Below are positions 10,668-19,856 of a stretch of 31,476 bases of DNA, piece by piece (the stretch's first letter is position 1; every line of letters begins with the position of its first letter). Position numbers and translations under genes: made by a program. Source of the stretch: Octopus sinensis (Eukaryota); assembly GCF_006345805.1 (NCBI RefSeq), contig NW_021832212.1, positions 1-31,476 of the forward strand, written 5' to 3'. A model generated the notes under the pieces. That model did no database searches and had not been told where the DNA came from. It saw only the letters and a program-made list of their open reading frames with translations.

Positions 10668-11558
10668 TTTTTTTCTAATTTCAGCTCAGAGCTGCGGCCA
10701 TGCTGATGCACCGCCGTTTTGTGCTACACTGTTATTACGACGAACCTCGTCAAATATGTAGCACTTGGTGAAGAATGGAGTTTGATATAGCTACTCTCCT
10801 TTGCACCTCTTGCCGTGAGGTAGGTTCATCTGGGACTCTTGACAGGAAGATGTCCAGCTTTGATATAAAAACCGATACATCTACTTTGTGCAAGTTCCTC
10901 AGACTCTTTGGGAGAATATTAAAAAGCTGTGGGCCCTTGAAACCTAGGCTGTTGCAGAAGCTGGTCCTGAAGCGTGATGGCATTGCTGGGATCTTTGGCA
11001 CTATGCAGTGTCGTCCCGTTCTAGCATTGGTGTAGCTTACAATGCCAAATTTGGCACAATTCCTTCCAGGATCTTCCAGACATATATTACTGCATACCTC
11101 TCTCGTCTTCTCTCCAGGGAGTAGAGACTTAGCTGTTTCAACCTTTCCCAGTAGATGAGCTGTTGCAAAGAGATGATCTTCTTTGTGAATATTCTCTGGA
11201 TTGCTTCAAGGTCCGCTGTTAATTTTACACTGGTGGGTGACCATAGCTGTGAGCAGTAATCCAGGCGACTGAGGACGAATGTCCGCCAGAGGACCATCAT
11301 GGTTTCCTTCTCTCTGGTTCTGAATGTTCTTAGGATCCACCCAGCCAGCCGTCTGCACTTTGTCGCCATCCTGGTAATGTGCACTTGGAAAGATGTATCA
11401 TCAATCATGTCGATATCCAGGTCCCTCACAGACTTAGGCTCTGGAATTGAAATTCCCTGTGGACCGGTGTATCCAGTAAGTTTAATATTCAGTTTTGGAT
11501 GCTGGTAGCGCATGCCTGGATTTTCAGCATTAAAATGCAGATTATTATCCTCAGCCCA
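10668..11558 (-). mobile_element. 5'-truncated CR1-type LINE (RT C-terminal region plus 3' UTR)
   Basis: WAEDNNLHFN, VRDL, RLAGWILRTF, SRLDYCSQLWSP, LYSLERRRERY, GPQLFNILPK. Short A tail at 10668-10674; 5' end abuts (TA)n. Confidence 0.9.
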
Positions 11559-11567
11559 TATATATAT

Positions 11568-11634
<67 letters not shown>

Positions 11635-11759
11635 TATATCATACATGAAGATTTTTTCTTTTCCTTTCTCTGTGTGTGTGGTGTGTATGTGTCTGTGTAA
11701 TCTTTCAGCATACAGCAAAGGCAATGCAGGCTACAAAAACATAACTGTATATATATATA

Positions 11760-11825
<66 letters not shown>

Positions 11826-11858
11826 ATATATTATATATATATATATGTATATGTATAT
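11559..11858. repeat. Two (TA)n tracts separated by a short unique spacer
   Basis: TA runs at about 11559-11640 and 11748-11858. Confidence 0.88.
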
Positions 11859-12228
11859 GTAAGAAAATACAAACTCAGACAGAACGCAAGATACTTAGAA
11901 GTTGATACAAAAAAGACGGACGGGACATTCGAGAACTCAATTTTCAGTCAAGAACCGGATCATCTTCGCAATTTCGGCTGATTAATCTTGAGATTGCTCC
12001 AATCTGGCCAGCCCCAACGGGAAAATCTAAGCCAAGCGCATTAGATTCCTTGGAAGAAAGCCCCAAATGTCTACAAAACAAGGACGGAAAAACGGACGAT
12101 ATTACACGAATAAGAATACAAACAAAAGTAAAGACAATAATGGTAATAATAATAGAAAAAAACAGGACGTTACAGACAGAACGAGTAAATTATTAGCTGG
12201 CGTGGTAGAGAAATGCCTTATCACTCAA

Positions 12229-12870
12229 ATCCTCCACAACATTCCTTCCCCTTCCGACCCTTCAACTCTTAAATCCCCCTCTCTGGAATGTTCAACACTC
12301 CTCCCTCCCCTCCATGCCCTTCTCCTCTCAAATCCCCCTCTCTGGAATGTTCAACATTCCTTCCTCCACTTCCTCCTCTTCACCTCTGAAATCCCCCTCT
12401 CTGGAATGTTCAATATTCCTCCCTCCCCTTCCACCCCTTCACCTCTCAAATTCCCCTCTCTGGAATGTTCAACATTCCTCCTTCCCCTTCCGACCCTTCA
12501 ACTCTCAAATCCCCCTCTCTGGAATGTTCAACATTCCTCCCTCCCCTTCCTCCCCTTCACCTCTCAAATCCCCCTCTCTGGATTGTTCAACATTCCTCCC
12601 TCCCCTTCCTCCCCTTCACCTCTCAAATACCACTCTCTGGAATGTTCAACATTCCTCCGTCCCCTTCCGACTCTTCACCTCTCAAATCCCCCTCTCTGGA
12701 ATGTTCAACATTCCTCCCTCCCCTTCCTCCCCATCACCTCTCAAATCCCCCTCTCTGGAATGTTCAACATTCCTCCCTCCCCTTCCTCCCCATCACCTCT
12801 CAAATCCCCCTCTCTGGAATGTTCAACATTCCTTCCTCCCCTTCCATCCCTTCACCTCTGAAATCCCCCT
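12229..12870. repeat. 59-bp C-rich minisatellite, about 11 units
   Basis: Unit ctctcaaatccccctctctggaatgttcaacattcctccctccccttcctccccttcac. Confidence 0.93.
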
Positions 12871-13280
12871 AGAAAATTCCTAGGATTTTCTAACTTCCGA
12901 AAAGTTTGGTCAAAAATTTCCTGTGAAGTTCGGAGGATTTTCTAACTCCCCGGAACTTTAGTCAAGAACTTCCTGGGAAGTTCCGAGGATTTTCTAACTT
13001 CCGGGAACTTTGGCCATAAAATTGCAAGGAAGTTCTGCGGGTTTTCTAACTTCCTGCACATTTGGTCGAAAACTTCCTAGGTAGTTCCAAGGATTTTCTA
13101 ACTTCCTGGAAAATTTGTCGAGACGTTCCTAGAAAGTTATGAGGTTTTCTAACTTCCTGGAAATTTGGTCGAAATGTTCCTGGAAAGTTCCTAGGGCTTT
13201 CTAAATTATTGGAAGTTTGGTCGAAATGTTCCTGGAAGGTCCCGAGATATTACTAACTTCCTGGAAATTTGGTCGAAATT
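12870..13280. repeat. 52-bp minisatellite, about 8 diverged units
   Basis: ctaa(c) anchor at 12890, 12942, 12994, 13046, 13098, 13149, 13201, 13253; unit about ggattttctaacttcctggaaatttggtcgaaatgttcctggaaagttccga. Confidence 0.9.
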
Positions 13281-13339
13281 AATTGAATTTAAATTATTGT
13301 TATTCGAATTGGTACAGCCATGAAACGATCGTCGTGTTT

Positions 13340-13735
13340 TACTCTTTATCTTTTATTAAACTTTTAATACTTTTGATATATAAAAAAATTTAAATTTAAA
13401 AAAAATTAATTAATTAATTAATTAATTAATTAAATAATATATAAATATAAAAATATACATACATACATATATATATATATATATTTGTATATATATATAA
13501 AATTTATAAGTTTAAATTATTTAAATCATTTTTTATTTTTAACTTTTATATCTTTAAATTAATTTTATGTATTGACTTATGTTTTTCACTGTTTGATTTG
13601 CCTAATAGTGGTTTTATCTCTAATTTAATATAATATATATATACTTAAAAATTGGATTAATCCTAAATCTCATTTTTTCCCTGTAAGTTGGGATTTATTC
13701 ATATTATTATTATTATATAATATATATAATATATG

Positions 13736-13812
<77 letters not shown>

Positions 13813-13830
13813 GTATGTATATATATATAT
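13340..13830. repeat. AT-rich low-complexity region ending in a long (TA)n
   Basis: (TTAA)n, TA runs, long TA tract at about 13715-13830. Confidence 0.85.
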
Positions 13831-13975
13831 AAAAGCAATTAAGATTCAAGTCAGTTCTAGTGAATTCACTTGAATGTGGTACTTAACTTAGATGCACCAG
13901 AAAAATATATGGTGTTAACCATACAATAATGTGGGGTGATTATAAACGAGAAAGAAGCAACAAGAATGGATTACT

Positions 13976-14066
13976 TTTTAGTACAATTGTTTCATACAAA
14001 GACAGTCTTTATTAAAAGTTGCAAATATTGCAGCAGATAAAAGTGTCCCGTACTCATCAGCTAAAA
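13976..14066 (-). ncRNA. Type I hammerhead ribozyme (minimal, palindromic stem III)
   Basis: Minus strand: ttttag CTGATGA gtac [52 nt] gtat GAAAC aatt GTA ctaaaa. All core nucleotides present; 6-bp stem I, 4-bp stem II (G-U closing), GUA triplet. Confidence 0.72.
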
Positions 14067-15226
14067 CACATATGAGTTCTCCAAACATCTTAGTGGGTGA
14101 GGCTACACTCATGAAGTATTGGAGATAATTTCATAAAAAGCAAATTCAGGTTGTAAACAGACTTCCAAAGTTCTTTAATGATGATGCACAGTCTTATCAC
14201 AGGTTTTAAAAAAGCTTATTAGCTTCACAGAGAAGGTGAATCAATCCATAGTGTAGGTGTAAATTTCCAGAGATATGAGGAGGTATTTCATACTCACAGA
14301 CGATGAATCTATCCATGGTTAATCCACAATGAGGTGGGTATAATTTCATGCTATATGATAAATGGATTATACGATCTCTTTACTCTTTTGTTTTTCTCTC
14401 TTTCTCTCTCTTATTCTTTTACCTCCTCTTCTCCCACTATTCTTTCCTATTACTCTGTCACTCTCTCTCTCCTTCACTCCTCCTCCCTTGCTCACGTGGC
14501 TCTCACGTGATCATCGGCCATCTTTCTTCTCCTAACTTGTGTTTCTTTCCTTCTCCCCGTTGTAGCTGGAACAAGGAAGACGTATTCTTGTTTGTCTCCT
14601 GTCCACACTTGATTTACGCGTTCGTCATCACAACCTCGTGTAGGCTTAGCAGCCCTTTCTATTTGTTTTCACTGTCCTGTTTGTGTTACCTATTTTGTCC
14701 CTCCGCAAAAATCCCAGATTTTACTTAGTTTGCGGGAGCAACTGCTTTATCGAAAGTGTATATTGTTGTTAAATGCTCGAAATACGAGACTAGAAAAATA
14801 GCCGACAACTGATGAAGGGTCGTTCTTTATATTGTTTGTTTTGTTTTCCATTTCTGTCTTTCGTTGTTCGAAAGAATAGTTCTCGTTGTATGTATTCGTG
14901 CTTCATATTTTTTGTTGTACACGTTTCAAGGCGTCCTGTGCCCACCTATGCTTATATATATACGTATAGATGTAGGTGTGTACATATATTTATGTATATA
15001 TGCATATATATATTATGTGTGTGTTGTGTGTGTGTGTGTGTATATATATGATATGTATATATGTATGTATATATATATAATATATATATATATTATATAT
15101 ATATATATATTGTATATATATACATATATATATGTATATATATATATTATATATATATTATTATATATATATGTGAACGCCACGCATCCTATTCCAAGTA
15201 TATATATATATACACATACATATATA

Positions 15227-15385
15227 TGACGTGATTCTTTCAGTTTCCACCAACCAAAACACTCACAAGGCCTTGGTTGGGCTGAGGCTACAGTAGAAGA
15301 CGCTCGCCCTAGGTACCACGCAATGAAACTGAACCCGACACCATGTCATTGCGAAGCAAGCTTGTTACCACACAGCCACGCCTCA
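15227..15385 (-). mobile_element. Family C SINE, 5' half, diverged
   Basis: ctttcagtttcc...actcacaaggc...gtagaagac...actgaacccg...ttaccacacagccac matches the reverse of the 28763 copy. Confidence 0.8.
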
Positions 15386-15720
15386 TCCACTCATACATAC
15401 ACCTGCACATCGATATATACACCAACATTCATATACACCCACAATGCATGATCACTTTCATGGATGGCTATTGTCTTCGAGAATACATTCACAAAGAGAT
15501 GCACATCCACAGATGCAAGCCTACAGACATGTATCTACACAATCACACAAATGCGCACACACACAGAAATACACATATAAGCAGCGATACAAACATACAA
15601 GCAAATATACAATTACACAAATGCACACATACACACGCACGCACACACACACATACGCAGACATAAATATAAAATCGGTCACAAACACAAACAAAATGTG
15701 CACCACATGTACATATGGAT

Positions 15721-16090
15721 GGAAGCACTCCGTCGGTTCCGACGACGAGGGTTCCGGTTGATCCGAATCAACGGAACAGCCTGCTCGTGAAATTAACGTC
15801 TAAGTGGCTGAGCACTCCACAGACACGTGTACCCTTAACGTAGTTCTCGAGGATATTCAGAGTGACAAGGCTGGGCCTTTGAATTACAGGTACAACAGAA
15901 ACAGGAAGTAAGAGTGAGAGAAAGTTGTGGTGAAAGAGTACAGCAGGGATCACTACCACCCCCTGTCGGAGCCTCGGGGAGCTTTAGGTGTTTTCGCTTA
16001 ATAAATACTCACAATGCCCGGTCTGGGAATCGAAACCGCGATCCTACGACCGCGAGTCCGCTGCCCTAACCACTGGGCCATTGCGCCTCC
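15721..16090 (-). mobile_element. tRNA-derived SINE, family B
   Basis: Reverse strand starts GGAGGCGCAATGGCCCAGTGGTTAGGGCAGCGG...GGTTTCGATTCCCAG (A and B boxes); 3' half aligns with 3420-3588. Confidence 0.85.
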
Positions 16091-16626
16091 ACGCATGTAC
16101 ATATACACTCATGCACACGCACAAAGGCAGACAAAAAGACAAAATATATAAACATACTCACAAACCCACAATTCGCACACACGCAAACACACTGACTTTA
16201 TAAAACGCATACGCTTGCGCGCACTCACGTTCACACTCGCACGCACACACGAAGCTCACGCTATTCAGGGTTAAGAAAACAGAATCATGTCTTTCTAAAT
16301 TCGTATTCGAAATTCCTGTTGGTCAGTCTTCGGTAATGACGATTAAACAGGAGGGGACAAGATGGAGACGTTCGTAGTTGGATGTGTCACTGTGTATAGG
16401 GTGCGCGCGCATCTGTGTGTGTATTTGTGTCAAGCTGTTACGTGCGGGGGTGGGGATTGAATGCATGGCAAGATGATCAATGAGACGTGCATGTGTGTGT
16501 GGCTGAGTGTGTGTGTGTGTGTGTTTGTGCGTTATATTTTTATATAAATATAATATATATATATATACAATATACATATATATCATATATATATATATAT
16601 ATACTATATATATATATAGATATATA

Positions 16627-16665
<39 letters not shown>

Positions 16666-17096
16666 CATATATACATATAATATATAATATACATATATAT
16701 ATATACCCACAATTATATAGATATTTATATATATATATTTATGTGGTTGGGGAGTCTCTTCTTATAGTAGAAGAAATAGGTAAGATTCTTTGGCTGCTAT
16801 TTCTAAACTTCGGTATGTGGTAAAGCAAATCTTTGCTGCACCCTAATTATAATTATATTCGTAATTATAAAATATTATATATATCTATATATATACACAC
16901 ATACATATATACACCTATATATTGATATATACACATATATAGATCTATGCATATATACATATATATATATATACATATTTATACATATATACGCAAATAC
17001 ATATACACAAATACATATAAATGCGTGTGTGACTTCCCTGTATATTGCAAAAATATAATTCTTTCTTTCCCCAAATAAATTGTACTTCACTTTCAC

Positions 17097-17177
17097 GGCT
17101 CCGATGAAGTTATAGGATGTTATTCAGGCACTCAACTAAGAGTCCACTGCGTCTAATTGCAGAAACAGCTGTAAGAC
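17097..17177 (+). ncRNA. Degenerate type I hammerhead ribozyme-like motif
   Basis: ggct CCGATGA ... GAAAC agct GTA agac. Palindromic ACAGCTGT stem III and GUA triplet; U4 is C and stems I/II are imperfect. Confidence 0.4.
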
Positions 17178-17317
17178 AAGGATGTCCATAACCTGACCAT
17201 TGTTTTCCCTGTCATCTCTTTTTCTTATCACCGCTCTATATTCACCTAACACTTAGTTCTGAAACATACGTATATTTAGTTCGATACCAGGTCCTTAGTT
17301 TCGCATTTCCTTAAGCG

Positions 17318-17358
<41 letters not shown>

Positions 17359-17426
17359 TATATATATATAATATAATATATATATATATATTAGATATTA
17401 ATTTAATTTATATATATATATATATA

Positions 17427-17827
17427 CTCTTTTACTCTTTTACTTGTTTCAGTCATTTGAATGCGGCTGGAGCACCGCCTTTAGTCGAGCAAATCGACCC
17501 CAGGACTTATTCTTTGTAAGCCCAGTACTTATTCTTTCTGTCTCTTTTGCCGAACCGCTAAGTGACGGGGACGTAAACACACACCAGCATCGGTTGTCAA
17601 GAAATGCTAGGGGGACAGACACAGACACACAAACATACACACACACACATACATATATATATACATATATACGACAGGCTTCTATCAGTTTCCGTCTACC
17701 AAATCCACTCACAAGGCATTGGTCGGCCCGGGGCTATAGCAGAAGACACTTGCCCAAGATGCCACGCAGTGGGACTGAACCCGGAACCATGTGGTTGGTT
17801 AGCAAGCTACTTACCACACAGCCACTC
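17427..17827 (-). mobile_element. Family C SINE with internal (CA/TA) microsatellite
   Basis: Near-complete reverse copy of 28763-29189. Confidence 0.92.
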
Positions 17828-18095
17828 TAATATATATATATTAGATTTTAATTTAATTAACATCGATTCCGATGATCTACGGACATTTATGTAAGTAAAA
17901 TTACGTAATATGTTAATAGTGAAACATGTATGCGAATAATCCATATTTTTATTGCTTTTTCTTTTGTCTTCCTCGATTACGTTTTGGTTGTTTTGCTAAA
18001 TTTTTCTTGAGAACATTTGGTAGGACCATAGTAGATCTATTTCTAGCATAAGGGTGTCCACATAGTGGTTTCCCTCTAATATGTATATATATATA

Positions 18096-18155
<60 letters not shown>

Positions 18156-18156
<1 letters not shown>

Positions 18157-18851
18157 CAAAATATCAGTATGCAATACAAAGTATTGCCTTCCAGTAAAAA
18201 GTAGCCCGTGAGGGAAAAATACACAAATTAGTAAATAAATGGCACAACTAAGTACCGATATTTACTGGAAATAGCGAACGTAAAAATACGACGCTAATGT
18301 GTAGCTTCACCGCGTATGTATTAGTAAAAATGCGTGTGTGCAACAAAATAGAGAAAAAAAAACCGTCTTACCTCCTATATCGGTACTTAGTTGTGCCATT
18401 TATTTACTAATTTGTGTATTTTTCCCTCACGGGCTACCTTTTACTGGAAGGCAATACTTTGTATTGCATTACTGATATTTTGAAACTTCTTCACCGTTTC
18501 TCGTACTGTTAGCGTTCCGTATTTCAGTCGAGTGTGTTAGTATTAATGTGGTAACATCGTAGATTTCGTCTTGGTATATGTTTGGCTGAAGAAGGTAAAG
18601 CAAAATATGGGTGAGAGACATATCTTGCAAAACCTGAAACCTGCAGGTACCACATTATCCATTTTCCGGGTGTTTCATCTTTCAGATGTTCTCCCTGGAG
18701 GTAAGACGGTTTTTTTTCTCTATTTTGTTGCACACACGCATTTTTACTAATACATACGCGGTGATGAAGCTACACATTAGCGTCGTATTTTTACGTTCGC
18801 TATTTCCAGTAAATATCGGTACTTAGTTGTGCCATTTATTTACTAATTTGT
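18156..18851 (+). mobile_element. Non-autonomous Penelope-like / retrozyme-like element with inverted 5' segment
   Basis: 39-bp direct repeat at 18377-18415 and 18813-18851 (period 436). 18156-18375 is the reverse complement of 18697-18851 joined to 18377-18483. Hammerhead inside; (TA)n on both sides. Confidence 0.75.
18578..18655 (+). ncRNA. Type I hammerhead ribozyme
   Basis: atg tt tgg CTGAAGA aggt aaa gcaa a atatg ggtgagaga catat c ttgc aaa acct GAAAC ctgcag GTA cca cat. Intact core, extended stem II, palindromic ACCTGCAGGT stem III; predicted cleavage after 18649. Confidence 0.8.
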
Positions 18852-18854
18852 ATA

Positions 18855-18908
<54 letters not shown>

Positions 18909-19239
18909 TTATTCAATATTCAAAGAAATATGAATAGTAAAGATATTTATATATATTATAGTTAATTAAAAAAAACAGAGAGGAAAAGAGCTATAGGTGT
19001 AATAATACATATATACATATATACATATATACATATATACATATATGTTTTTGTTACCAGCTTTGACCCTGCCTTCGAAAAAACTAATGTCGTTAAATGC
19101 TCGAAATGAGGAGTAGATGGACAGCCGACAACTTATGTTATTGTCCTGTTTTTTCAGTTGTTTCTCTCGTTTCTGTATCAACTCATGTTTTTGCCATTTC
19201 ACGTTGTTTACGGCTTGTGAGTCCTGTACCTATATATGC

Positions 19240-19310
<71 letters not shown>

Positions 19311-19436
19311 ATATATTTATATTATATTAAATTAGAGATAAAACCACTATTAGGCAAATCATACATGGAAAAACTTAAGCCAATACATAAGATTATTTAT
19401 ATTATTTTAAATATATATCAAAATTATTATATATGT

Positions 19437-19471
<35 letters not shown>

Positions 19472-19480
19472 ACATATATA

Positions 19481-19707
19481 CTCTTCTACTCTTTTACTTG
19501 TTTCAGTCAGTTGACTGCGGCCATGCTGGAGCACCGCCTTTAATCGAGCAAATCGAACCCAGGACTTATTCTTTTGTAAGCCCAGTACTTATTCTATCGG
19601 TCTCTTTTGCCGAACGCTAAGTAAAGTAACGGGGACATGAACACACCAGCATCGGTTGTCAAGCAATGCTAGGGGGACAAACACAGACACACAAACACAC
19701 AACACGC
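19481..19707 (-). mobile_element. Family C SINE, 3' half (split by LINE insertion)
   Basis: Matches 17427-17640; followed by (TA)n and the LINE 3' end. Confidence 0.9.
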
Positions 19708-19712
19708 ATATA

Positions 19713-19764
<52 letters not shown>

Positions 19765-19856
19765 TACTTTGATACTTTGATACTTTGATAGGTTTCGGCC
19801 ATTATCGGCCCAGGCCATGTCTAACTTAATAGCACCACCTGGTGAAGTCTTTCAAG

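Noticed and set aside
11860-12230. TA-flanked repeat-like module with GGCTG/CAGCC-GAAA on the minus strand
   Set aside because: No CUGANGA core and no valid stem III, so not called a hammerhead.
12067-12883. Pro/Ser-rich ORFs of 135-264 aa
   Set aside because: Read-through of the 59-bp minisatellite; all three frames give the same cycling peptide.
12229-13280. Regularly spaced palindromic repeats resembling a CRISPR array
   Set aside because: Inter-repeat sequence is itself repeated (no unique spacers), the context is eukaryotic, and there are no cas genes.
14770-14890. CTGATGA and CGAAA in a repeat also seen at 19070-19130
   Set aside because: Stems I-III could not be paired in any hammerhead topology in these copies.
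16020-16090. tRNA-like sequence
   Set aside because: It is the head of a SINE; the 3' acceptor stem is missing and SINE body follows, so it is not a tRNA gene.
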